Of a stretch of 46,361 nt of DNA, positions 8,788 through 17,924 are shown piece by piece (position 1 is the first letter of the stretch; each line of letters opens with the position of its first letter). A model generated the notes under the pieces. That model saw only the letters and a program-made list of their open reading frames with translations. It was not told the origin of the DNA and did not search any database. The DNA is taken from the NCBI GenBank assembly GCA_036511435.1, contig DATCCF010000088.1:1-46361 (forward strand), read 5' to 3'. A program made the position numbers and the translations under genes. This DNA comes from Terriglobales bacterium. GTDB lineage: Bacteria > Acidobacteriota > Terriglobia > Terriglobales > Acidobacteriaceae.

Positions 8788-9765
8788 CTACCTGGCAGCG
8801 CGCTCGAACTTGCACTCCTCAGGCTTCTTGTCGAAGCGCAATCCCTGAAATACCGGAGCGCGCATCTTGGTTCCGCCGCTTTGCCCCTCGTGCGTCCATT
8901 CGGAGAACTTGATTTCGGCAACTAGTTCGGGCCTCACAAAGTGGACCGGCCTGGTGCTATCCACTTTGCCGAAGAACGGACTGCGCTTGATCTCCAGCGC
9001 GTGCATCTGCTTCCACAAAGCTGCGTGCGAGGCTTGCGTGAAGCCGCTGCCAGCGTGTCCGACGTGAATCAGGCGACCCTGATCGTCGTAGAGGCCGAGC
9101 ACGATGGAACCAAAGTTTTCGCGTGAGCCACGCGGGTCGGTGTAGCCGCCAATCACGCACTCCTGCCGCTTGACGATTTTGATCTTCAGCCAGTCACTGC
9201 TGCGCTTTTGCACATAAGGACTGCTGCGGCGCTTGGCGACGATGCCTTCCAGTTCGCGTTGTGCCGCCGCTTCAAACAAGGCTATGCCGTTTCCAACGTA
9301 ATGGTCGGAGTAGCGAACGAGGTCGCCCGGCGCCAGTATGGAGGCCAGTAGCTCCTTGCGTTGCTCCAGTTCGGCTTGCATCAGGTTGTAGCCGTCAAGG
9401 TAGAGCAGATCGAAGACGTAATACACCACGGGAACATCGTCGCGGGTGCGACGAATGCGACGGCCGCCTTCGCCAACCCCCGTCCGCTGCTGCATCAGGC
9501 TGAACGAAGGCCGTCCCTCGGCATCGAGCGCGACGATCTCGCCATCCAGAATTGCCGTCCGTGCGTTGACGGAATCTGGGAGCGAGCACAATTCGGGATA
9601 CGCTGCGGTCATATCGTTCTGGTTGCGCGAAACCAGGCGCACCGAGCCACTCTCCAGGAAGGCGATGGCGCGATAGCCGTCCCACTTGATCTCGTAAAGC
9701 CACTCCTGGCCGTTAAACGGCTTGTCCACAAGAGTTGCCAGCATAGGATGAATAACCCGGGGCAT
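8788..9765 (-). CDS. ligD: ATP-dependent DNA ligase (LigD ligase module)
   Basis: HPMLATL...EWLYEIKWDGYRAIAF (KxDG adenylation lysine) ...LDGEIV...YYVFDLLYLDG...EGIVAKR...WLKIK. The ATG at 9765 removes the overlap with the upstream gene. Confidence 0.8.
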   Translation of the reverse strand: MPRVIHPMLATLVDKPFNGQEWLYEIKWDGYRAIAFLESGSVRLVSRNQNDMTAAYPELCSLPDSVNARTAILDGEIVALDAEGRPSFSLMQQRTGVGEGGRRIRRTRDDVPVVYYVFDLLYLDGYNLMQAELEQRKELLASILAPGDLVRYSDHYVGNGIALFEAAAQRELEGIVAKRRSSPYVQKRSSDWLKIKIVKRQECVIGGYTDPRGSRENFGSIVLGLYDDQGRLIHVGHAGSGFTQASHAALWKQMHALEIKRSPFFGKVDSTRPVHFVRPELVAEIKFSEWTHEGQSGGTKMRAPVFQGLRFDKKPEECKFERAAR

Positions 9766-9827
9766 CGGCGTTTTGTGACCAATACGTGCTGGGTGGGGAT
9801 TCGGGCTATTCCTGTGTCCGTCGCCGG

Positions 9828-10688
9828 CTAAGAGTTTTTTTTTACTCTGCTCGAGGAGGCGCTGGTGGAATGCGTGGTTTTGCCCGGCTTGCGTTTCGCA
9901 GCGGCTGGGTGCCCCATCCAAGCTTCTTTTGCTTGGGCGGGACTCGTCGGCGCGCGTTTCGCGGCAACCCTCTTCGCCGTGACAGAGGACGACTTGGAGG
10001 CTGCGGATTTCTTCCCGGCTTTGGCCTTCTTCGCGTCAGCTTTCGCGATCGATTCGGCGAGCCAGTCGTTCTTCTTCGTGGCGCCACCCACCGACGCCTT
10101 TCGACTGCTCTTCCACTCCGCCGAGCCTTGATCGCCGGCGATCTCGTCCATCGTGCGCTTGGTCAGCACCGAGTAGTCATACTTGTCGATGTCGTAGCCT
10201 TCCTGCACGTAGGCATCGCGATGCTTGATCAGCAGCCACTCATTTCCTTTGCTTCCCGGCCGGCGCGACTTCATGTGCACCAGCGCGAAGTCGCCTTTCA
10301 GCTTCTTGCCGTCGAGCCGAAACTTCAGGTCGCCCTTGCGCAGCATCTCCGCGGCATCCCCTTGCGGCTGCCAGGTACCCATGTCCCACACCATGACGGT
10401 GCCCGCCCCGTAATTGCCGGCCGGAATGATGCCCTCGAAATCGAAGTACGAAACGGGATGATCTTCCACCTGCATGGCCAAGCGCTTGTCGGTGGGGTCG
10501 AGCGACGGCCCTTTGGGCACGGCCCACGACTTCAGCACGCCCTCCATTTCGAGCCGGAAATCATAGTGCAGGCGGGTGGCGCGGTGCTTCTGTACCACGA
10601 AGCGGCGGCGTTCGCCGCGTTCTACCTTCGCGGGAGGTTCGGGTGTCTGTTTGAAATCGCGTTTGCGCTGGTACTCTTCGAGTGCCAT
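9828..10688 (-). CDS. LigD 3'-phosphoesterase module with a Lys/Ala-rich basic tail
   Basis: YQRKRDFKQTPEP...RFVVQKHRATRLHYDFRLEMEGVLKSWAVPKGPS...VEDHPVSYFDFEGIIP...GTVMVWD is the LigD PE domain. It is followed by ~90 aa rich in K, A and S. ATG at 10688. Confidence 0.75.
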   Translation of the reverse strand: MALEEYQRKRDFKQTPEPPAKVERGERRRFVVQKHRATRLHYDFRLEMEGVLKSWAVPKGPSLDPTDKRLAMQVEDHPVSYFDFEGIIPAGNYGAGTVMVWDMGTWQPQGDAAEMLRKGDLKFRLDGKKLKGDFALVHMKSRRPGSKGNEWLLIKHRDAYVQEGYDIDKYDYSVLTKRTMDEIAGDQGSAEWKSSRKASVGGATKKNDWLAESIAKADAKKAKAGKKSAASKSSSVTAKRVAAKRAPTSPAQAKEAWMGHPAAAKRKPGKTTHSTSASSSRVKKNS

Positions 10689-10952
10689 ATGCCACTTAGA
10701 TGAACACGACGGAGAGGCGTGCTGCAATCCCTCTTGGCAGGCGGCCGTAAAGTGGTACTTTCGCTGCATCCCAACCACAATGAGCTCACGTTTTTCTGTC
10801 GCACTAGGCGGGAATTCATTCTATGCTTACGCAACACTGGCAAAGATACTCTATGGGTTGAACGTTGCAGGAGGTGGAATATGGGGCGCCCCTCTTCCGA
10901 GCTTTATCTCGGTGAAACCATCGATCGGGGAAATTGCCGTTTCTACGCGAGA

Positions 10953-11915
10953 ATGGCAGGACGCGTTCAAGGCTATGTGTTTTTGGGACTCCTGCTGCTG
11001 CTGCCACTCTCGCGGGCAGAGGGGCAATGCAATCCCGAAACCGGCAACAACTGCCAAAAACCACAAGCTCCCCAAGCGCCGAGTGAGCCCAGCCGGACTG
11101 TGATCTTCGTCCCACCGCCGATGGATCCGGGATGCCTCGGCTCGATGTCGCGACCCGAAGGGGACTACGAAAAACGTGCCGACATGCTGGACAAACACGG
11201 GCCGCAACTGCCGCCGATATTCAGCATGAGCACCTTTTCGATCATGGGATTTTCCAAGGGGAATTGGCCGGTAGTAATCGACTATGTGTTAGAGCAGGAT
11301 AGTTTGCTGCTGGTGGTGATCGCTCCCGAAGGACAAAAACCCCAGATTTTTCGCCTCGACGGCAAGAAAGGACACTGGCAAACCAAGATTCAACTCCCCC
11401 CGGAAATCGGCGACCAACTGCGAGTTTCGGAGTACCTGGTGCAGACTCTGGACAACAACATCGGACAAGTCTCCCCCGCGCATATGCACATTCACGGCAT
11501 AGCGGTTGGTAACAAAGCAGTGGGATCGATCGGCATCGATCAGGTGAGTTTCTCGCCCGCCAGTATCCGATTGGACCAGCATCAACGGGCGCAGTACAGT
11601 TTCCACTCCATGTTCGATTTCAAGAACACGGAAGTGACGTTTGTCCGCCTGGCCAAGTCCAGCATCGGTGAGATTATCGCCGCCTCGGTTGGCAGTAAGT
11701 CGATGGGAAGCGTAAATCAGAATGCCCAGAAAAATGGAGAGTGGGATGGAAGCGTCAAGCCTCCGGCGACCTTGAAAAACTACCCTCCGGAGCTGCAGCA
11801 ATGGCTCCAGCTTCCGGTCGGACAACACGCGCTGCAGGTGCGCGCATGGTTTGGAATAAAGGATGGCGGCGATTGGGTCACAGCGCTGTCCGAGACGCTT
11901 GTTTCCGTTGAGTAA
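10953..11915 (+). CDS. secreted hypothetical protein
   Basis: The ATG at 10953 gives a signal-peptide-like N-terminus (MAGRVQGYVFLGLLLLLPLSRAEG). No family recognised. 6-nt gap (11916-11921) to the next gene. Confidence 0.5.
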   Translation: MAGRVQGYVFLGLLLLLPLSRAEGQCNPETGNNCQKPQAPQAPSEPSRTVIFVPPPMDPGCLGSMSRPEGDYEKRADMLDKHGPQLPPIFSMSTFSIMGFSKGNWPVVIDYVLEQDSLLLVVIAPEGQKPQIFRLDGKKGHWQTKIQLPPEIGDQLRVSEYLVQTLDNNIGQVSPAHMHIHGIAVGNKAVGSIGIDQVSFSPASIRLDQHQRAQYSFHSMFDFKNTEVTFVRLAKSSIGEIIAASVGSKSMGSVNQNAQKNGEWDGSVKPPATLKNYPPELQQWLQLPVGQHALQVRAWFGIKDGGDWVTALSETLVSVE

Positions 11916-11921
11916 AACCAG

Positions 11922-13055
11922 ATGCCTGAAGCGCGCCAGCAACAAAGTGGGTCGGCTGAAATTCCCCCTGAACAGCCAGACTCTGTAACCAAGAGCCCCA
12001 CAGAGCCCTCATGGAGGACAGGGATAGCTCAAAAGGTCGCAGCCCTGACGTGTCTGATCGCGGCTGCAGCCCTGGTGTCTTACCTGGTGAACATTCCCGT
12101 CGGTGAGGTGGGTGGACAATTTCCCGCGACGGTTCGAGCGCGCGCCGAAATAGTAAGTTTCGACAATCCCGGATTGGTGGACGGCGGCATCTTCTCGTTT
12201 GGGTATACAGCCCCAACGGAAGCTGAAAAAGTGCTACTGGATGCTTACTTCGATAATGCCCACCTTTCCCCGCAAACCCTGCAAGCCCTGCACGCGCTGC
12301 GAGTCGACGCTCCCTCCTCCAGCGCTTCGATCACCTACTTGACGAGCACAGTGAGTCATGGCGCATGCAGCACTCAACTGGAGGCACAGCCGACCGGCCC
12401 ACATCTGTCGTCGATTCAATTCTCGCAAACCAGTAGTGACTCCCTTGAGGGGTATAGAAGCCTTGGGGCCAGCTTTGATGGGACCGATACTGAGGTGGTG
12501 CTCACTTCCCAAGGAGCTCTTCAGGACATCCTTTCCCCTTGCCGGGTGGAGTTGTCCGTCGGAGACTGGAAACAGGTGACGGCGGGATTTGTGCCTATCA
12601 AGATCTTGGTTCCTGCCGGCGCACACTTTCGGTTCCGCTGGCAAAATTTGAATGAAAAGTCGAGCACTTGGGAAAACAAAGGCGCAGCGCTGCCTCTGGT
12701 GCAGTTTGGGTCCTTAGCAACCGACGAATTTACGGCCAGTGCCATCAAAATCAGCACCGTCAACCTGAAAAATGGCGCGACGAATGCACCGCGCCTCGAA
12801 GCGCTCGGCGAAAAACAATCGCCCCTGACCGTGGAGTCTTTCGCCATCAACAAGAATCAACTGGGAGATAAAGGCGTCCGGAAAGGGGAGGGTGCAGAAG
12901 GATGGGAAGGTTGTCACCAAGACCGACGTTTTAGAGACGGTCACCAAGAACCCCATTCTCTCTGCAGTGTTCGGCGCGGGAAAGCTGGCTCTGATCGGAT
13001 GGGTAAAGCGCGCGTTCTTCCCGCCCCGGCGCAAGTCGGAGGCTTGAGCGGCTGA
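11922..13055 (+). CDS. membrane hypothetical protein, probable frameshift near 12864
   Basis: N-terminal TM (VAALTCLIAAAALVSYLV). The last ~63 aa in the annotated frame look non-native. The +1 frame from 12865 reads EIKASGKGRVQKDGKVVTKTDVLETVTKNPILSAVFGAGKLALIGWVKRAFFPPRRKSEA and stops at 13045-13047, which looks like a C-terminal TM anchor. Confidence 0.5.
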   Translation: MPEARQQQSGSAEIPPEQPDSVTKSPTEPSWRTGIAQKVAALTCLIAAAALVSYLVNIPVGEVGGQFPATVRARAEIVSFDNPGLVDGGIFSFGYTAPTEAEKVLLDAYFDNAHLSPQTLQALHALRVDAPSSSASITYLTSTVSHGACSTQLEAQPTGPHLSSIQFSQTSSDSLEGYRSLGASFDGTDTEVVLTSQGALQDILSPCRVELSVGDWKQVTAGFVPIKILVPAGAHFRFRWQNLNEKSSTWENKGAALPLVQFGSLATDEFTASAIKISTVNLKNGATNAPRLEALGEKQSPLTVESFAINKNQLGDKGVRKGEGAEGWEGCHQDRRFRDGHQEPHSLCSVRRGKAGSDRMGKARVLPAPAQVGGLSG

Positions 13056-13124
13056 TGTTATCCGGTACGGCTTTGCGTTCCTGCGCGCAGGTTTGGTAGA
13101 TTGGAAGAATTGAGTCTCAAGCTT

Positions 13125-13199
<75 letters not shown>

Positions 13200-13284
13200 A
13201 CATATCTGCTTACCGCACAGCCACTTACGGGCGGCTGTCGTTTCTTGCCGGCAAAACTCCAGCCCGACGCCAACCCGATGGAGG

Positions 13285-14493
13285 TCACTGAGCGGCCTCC
13301 GACGCCGGCTTGGCTGCCAGCAACTGCTCCATGTACTGCCGCTGGGCATCCAACGCCTTGGGGAAATTTCCGTGGGTGTAGACGGCGGTCATCTCGGGCT
13401 TGCTGTGACGAAGTAGGGTTTGGGAGACCGTGATGTCCTTGGTGGTCTCGTTCGCCCACGTGCTCAAGCTGTGGCGAAACCGGTGCCAGCCAAAACTCTC
13501 ACCCTTGGCTACCAACCCCAGAGCCACGACGGCTGGCTTAACGAAGTCGGCGTTCATCGTCTGACCCCACAGCGGTTGCTTTCCCTTCAGCTTCGACGAG
13601 GCAAAAATGAAGTCCTCGTCCTTGTCGTACGGGGTTTGCTGCCTCCAATCGGTGAGGAACGCTGCCAGCGCCGCACACATCGGGACGGGTGCGTTGCTGG
13701 CCTTGGTCTTCGTCCGATTCTGCATCTCGCCCCGCCTGAACGTCTGGTGAATGTAGATGCGATTGTTCGCCCACTCCACATGCTTCCACGTCAAGCCAAG
13801 ACACTCGGAGATGCGGACGCCCGTGGAAGCGACCAAAAGCACGGCAATCTTCACCGGGTAGGGGAGTCGCTCCAGCAGAGCGATGACCTGCTCGGGCAAG
13901 AGCACCTTCACTTCATCTTGATCCTCCTCGCTGGCCGGAATGGTGACCTTATCCAGAGGATTGCGGATGGAGCGAATCTCGTTGTGGTCAACAAAGCTGA
14001 AGACCAACGACATGATTCCCGCAATCTTTGAGCAGGTTTCCCACACATAGTCTTCGCCGTCGTGGAGGTCAACGAGCCAGTTGCGGATGGCGAGAGGCTT
14101 CATCTCCTCAGCGACGGCATCTTTCCAACGAGGAAGGATATGGTTGTTAATGTGGTACTCATACGTTTCGATGGTGCCTTTCGTCTTGCGGCGACCGTCC
14201 TTCTTGCGGAATGGCAAGCCGTCCTTGACGTAGGCGGCACAAAATTCGCCAAAAGTCGGCTTACCAGAGAGGGGGTTATTGATGTACTTTTCGACCAGGC
14301 CAAGCTCACCAACTTTGAGCCAAGCGGACGTTTCATCATCTCCGATGTCAGCGACCAGACCGAGCCTGACGGCGTTTTCTACCATCTCACCGTCCCTCTC
14401 TCTCTGCCTTTGGTAACACCAGAGCCAAATCATCCCATCCGCCCGTTCACGCTGCCTGAGCCAGCCGCGTGCTTTAACTTCCTTGTTAGCCAT
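13285..14493 (-). CDS. tyrosine-type site-specific integrase
   Basis: Catalytic boxes: LLVASTGVRISECLGLTW (Arg box), HRFRHSLSTWA (HxxR) and LLRHSKPEMTAVYTH (Tyr). Located next to the tRNA gene. Confidence 0.9.
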   Translation of the reverse strand: MANKEVKARGWLRQRERADGMIWLWCYQRQRERDGEMVENAVRLGLVADIGDDETSAWLKVGELGLVEKYINNPLSGKPTFGEFCAAYVKDGLPFRKKDGRRKTKGTIETYEYHINNHILPRWKDAVAEEMKPLAIRNWLVDLHDGEDYVWETCSKIAGIMSLVFSFVDHNEIRSIRNPLDKVTIPASEEDQDEVKVLLPEQVIALLERLPYPVKIAVLLVASTGVRISECLGLTWKHVEWANNRIYIHQTFRRGEMQNRTKTKASNAPVPMCAALAAFLTDWRQQTPYDKDEDFIFASSKLKGKQPLWGQTMNADFVKPAVVALGLVAKGESFGWHRFRHSLSTWANETTKDITVSQTLLRHSKPEMTAVYTHGNFPKALDAQRQYMEQLLAAKPASEAAQ

Positions 14494-14734
14494 TGGATTT
14501 GCTCCTCCGGCTCGTCGGGGCTGCTGCCGAGATTGTACTCTGGGCAGGCTTCGTCAAGGCCGTTATGTCTTCAGCCACCTCACTCAGCCGAAAGCGCCAC
14601 TGATTACGAATGCTACCAATTGGATACGCACGAATAACCCGCCTCCTTGCAAGCTCCATGACCTTGCGGATGGGCAGGGACAAATACTGGGCAACAACCT
14701 CCTTTGGTACGAACTGTTCGCTATTCATCGTCAT
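14486..14734 (-). CDS. excisionase-family / HTH DNA-binding protein
   Basis: 82 aa; EVVAQYLSLPIRKVMELARRRVIRAYPIG resembles an AlpA/Xis-type HTH. 8-nt overlap with the integrase start. Confidence 0.65.
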   Translation of the reverse strand: MTMNSEQFVPKEVVAQYLSLPIRKVMELARRRVIRAYPIGSIRNQWRFRLSEVAEDITALTKPAQSTISAAAPTSRRSKSNG

Positions 14735-15171
14735 GGTGACTCACTTCCGCAGTTGTGTAGCCCCAGAGAGTTGGTCGCTGAGAGCAGCTTTAGTTTTAGT
14801 CGGTTTGTTGCGTGTCGTGTGGCTTCTTCTCGATGCCCGTGCGCCGGACGCAACAGTGGCCTTTCAACCGCTGTTCTTAGCCTCAAATCGACGCTTCGTC
14901 AAACGGCCTCATCATGTCAGCAGACCGGGGCACGGGTGTTGTGGACTGATTTGGTGGTGACTGTTTAAGAGGTGGGAAGAAGACCTCGCTCAAACTGTTC
15001 GGCAACAATGTCCTTGGTGGCCTATTAGTCGAACCACCGACGCGCGATGGAGCCGCAATTCTCCGCTAACAATATTTCACCGATTACACTTTGACTGGGC
15101 AAAGCAGCTTGTGCGCAGGAATTCGCCGCCAAATTTGATGCCACAAAAGTGGGCACGAATTGGCCCGTGAT

Positions 15172-16701
15172 TCACTCCGCCATGGCCGTTGCAAAATCAG
15201 TTCCTTCCCCGATACGTTGCCTGACTTCCTTGAGCCACGCTCGCGGATTGGTGCCGTGAATCACGCGCCCCAGAAAGCCCAGCCGCTCGGCTGCATTATT
15301 GCGGTTCCGACGGACGTCGTCCTTCGTGGTCTTGGTGTACAGGGCAAGAAAGGCATCCATGCTGCGGGGTTTGGCAAAAACGTAAGTGGCGTGGCCAAGC
15401 TGAGGGGTTTCTACGACGACGGATTTCTCAACGTCGAAAATGTATTCCTCCCGAAACAGATAGATCCGGCGTGCCCGGCGTGCGAGCTGGCGATAGAAGA
15501 ATGGGTCATAATCAGGGCGCCAACTGATCTGGGCGACATCAAAGTCGCCGGGAACATGCAGCTCGGAACACATTCGCTGCAACTCCGCTCGCTCGACTGC
15601 CCGATGCTCCAAGCACAGCCGGATCTGATCCAGAGCGCGCGAATACTGGCCAAAGCGATGATAGGCAGTTTTGGCAGATTCGATTTGCAGATGGAAATCG
15701 GGCGGCAGTTTGACCTCCAACCGGCTCGGCAACGCAGTTTCCCAGGTAACGAGCTCCCACTGCTCACGACGCTTGCGGTATTTGCCGCTCTGTACGAACG
15801 TGCCTTCGACCTCGATCTTGGTTCCCAACAGATGCTTCCACTGATTCCAGGTGCGGTCCCAGAGTGTATGGAGGGCGGCTGGATCGAGCCACAACTCGAT
15901 CTTGCGATGCACGTCGCGGCAGAGTGCCCGGTCGTCATAGAAATCACATTTGCGCAGTGGCACTTGGAACCGCCGGCGCCGGAGATCGGGTGAAAACGCG
16001 AGGATGCGGCGGGCAAAGAATGTTTGTCCGCCTCGGGAAGGCTCGCCGGCCACGAGAAGAGAGCCGAATCCACCATAGGGAAATATGGCCGGTGCTTCGG
16101 GATCGGCGAGCAGCACGTCATAACAAGCGCGCAGTTCCGGCTGACCAAGGATGTTGAATGCCCGCTCCAGCGCCACTCGTTCACTGTGCGGAACCCCCGC
16201 CGTTCTTAGCTCTAGATCACGCAGCTTGAAAGCCACGCGAAGTTCAGAGGGCGAAGCGCTGGCCGGGATACTCAACACCTCGTACAGAGTGGGATGATCG
16301 ACTCTGTCGGACGTATGCGGCAGGCGATAGAAGTACTCGCGCAGGACCTCGCAAGTCAGGAAAATCGTGCCGATGCCAAGGCTTGCCCGGCGAACCTCAG
16401 CAGAAACGAAGTACTGATTTCGTTTGTCCTGCTTGGGCTGTCTGACGTATGCGATTGGCGCCTGGTAGATATAACGGCTCGGTCCTGAGGCGGCATTCTT
16501 GCTGACGAGGATTTCCGGGCCCACTGCATCTGGTGCTGGAATCGGAAACGTGATTTCGTCGCCGACAGCGACAGACTTCGCAAGAAAACGGGACACGAGC
16601 AGCTTGGTTTGATTGGCGAACACACAGGCAGCAGGGTCCCCCTGCAGTTGGAGGTTCGCCACACGCTCCCGACAGACCGGAATGGGCAACGTAGCAGCCA
16701 T
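15172..16701 (-). CDS. hypothetical protein with a degenerate J-like domain (no HPD)
   Basis: 509-aa ORF. TLYEVLSIPASASPSELRVAFKLRDLELRTAGVPHSERVALERAFNILGQPELRACYDVL aligns to J-domain helices I-IV, but the HPD tripeptide is absent. The rest is unrecognised. Confidence 0.5.
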   Translation of the reverse strand: MAATLPIPVCRERVANLQLQGDPAACVFANQTKLLVSRFLAKSVAVGDEITFPIPAPDAVGPEILVSKNAASGPSRYIYQAPIAYVRQPKQDKRNQYFVSAEVRRASLGIGTIFLTCEVLREYFYRLPHTSDRVDHPTLYEVLSIPASASPSELRVAFKLRDLELRTAGVPHSERVALERAFNILGQPELRACYDVLLADPEAPAIFPYGGFGSLLVAGEPSRGGQTFFARRILAFSPDLRRRRFQVPLRKCDFYDDRALCRDVHRKIELWLDPAALHTLWDRTWNQWKHLLGTKIEVEGTFVQSGKYRKRREQWELVTWETALPSRLEVKLPPDFHLQIESAKTAYHRFGQYSRALDQIRLCLEHRAVERAELQRMCSELHVPGDFDVAQISWRPDYDPFFYRQLARRARRIYLFREEYIFDVEKSVVVETPQLGHATYVFAKPRSMDAFLALYTKTTKDDVRRNRNNAAERLGFLGRVIHGTNPRAWLKEVRQRIGEGTDFATAMAE

Positions 16702-16936
16702 ACTCTCGGCGGCCAGTGTAGAACTGCTTTACGGAACTGCAAAACGCCGCTTTGGACCCAATGGCTTTGCTGGTTGCAGACGGTTGCGACGATCTTGGTC
16801 ATCCCGGCATAGTCCTTTGCTTGGCTGCTCAGAGATGGTCGTCCCTACCGCGATAGTTGGTGCCGGATGGGCCCGTGCGCGATGGCGGCGAGGTACCCGA
16901 GGCACCGGTCACAAGTAGACGTACAATCACCTAAGG

Positions 16937-17761
16937 ATGAACGCCGACCCACACGCCGTTCAGATCTCGGTCGATGGATCATGCTATCCAAACAAAGGGA
17001 GGAAATCGGGATACGCCGGAGTAGTCGTGTATCCAGATGATCCGACTGAGCACCAGGTCGTGTTTCAGGGATTCAAAGAAAGCACCATCAATCGGATGGA
17101 AATTTTCGCGTGCATCGCCGCCATGGAGTGGGTGAGAGAAGAAGGAATCAGGCGGCGGTACAGCAGAGTGCAAATATTCAGTGACTCACAGTACGTGGTT
17201 AATGGTCAGTTCTCCGCTCCTTTTTGGCAGAAGGCCAAATGGAGTACCGCTGCTGGACGGCCGATTGACAACTGGAAACTTTGGAAAGAGTTCTTGTCAG
17301 CGAAGTCAAAGGCGGGAGTTCGGATCGACATTTGCAAAGTGCAGAACAAATCTACCCCGCTTCTGAAGCGGGTGGACAAGTTGGCGAAAGCTGCTGCGAA
17401 AAGTCACCCTCGCATTGACCGAGGACTCGTCGTAGGGAAAATCGGACGCGCCAAGATCAAAGGCACTGCAGCGATGTTTCCCGCCGCGAACCAGGTGCTC
17501 GTCGTTCGTATCGTTGGCTCGAAAACGGTTGGACGCATGCAGGAGAACCGATTCGTCTTTGAGGTGTTTGATGAGAACACGAGTACCTACATCTCCAAAC
17601 ACTTCGCCTACTGCACTCCCGAAACGGGAGCCCAGTTGCACCGGCAGCGAGGTTTTCGGGTGAGGATGAACGACAACAATGATTACCCGCAGATTCTTGA
17701 CGTCATAGAAGAGGTGCGGCTGCCGAAAGAAGAACGAAAGAAGAAACCATCAGCGGCATAA
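16937..17761 (+). CDS. RNase H (type 1)-like domain protein with an unknown C-terminal domain
   Basis: DEDD-type pattern: ISVDGSC (D), NRMEIFACIAAMEW (E), IFSDSQYVVNG (D) and LKRVDKLAKAAA (D). The following ~110 aa are not recognised. Confidence 0.65.
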   Translation: MNADPHAVQISVDGSCYPNKGRKSGYAGVVVYPDDPTEHQVVFQGFKESTINRMEIFACIAAMEWVREEGIRRRYSRVQIFSDSQYVVNGQFSAPFWQKAKWSTAAGRPIDNWKLWKEFLSAKSKAGVRIDICKVQNKSTPLLKRVDKLAKAAAKSHPRIDRGLVVGKIGRAKIKGTAAMFPAANQVLVVRIVGSKTVGRMQENRFVFEVFDENTSTYISKHFAYCTPETGAQLHRQRGFRVRMNDNNDYPQILDVIEEVRLPKEERKKKPSAA

Positions 17762-17924
17762 GAAGATTGCTACCCGCCTGACCCAGCAAGTCTTTCCCGG
17801 CGCTGGTAAAACTTACCGGCCTCGGATGCACAGTCCTCGATAACCCTCATGTTTTCAGCCTCCAGCTCTGGCACACCGCTTGCTCTTAGCACAACCTCGA
17901 CGAACCAGGCCCGGTATGCACTGA

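Noticed and set aside
13217-13253. Hairpin ACAGCC-N10-GGCTGT plus the TTGCCGGCAA palindrome after the tRNA as a terminator or att core
   Set aside because: The stem is short, the loop is long and the U-tract is weak. No matching copy was found elsewhere in the window to support an att role.
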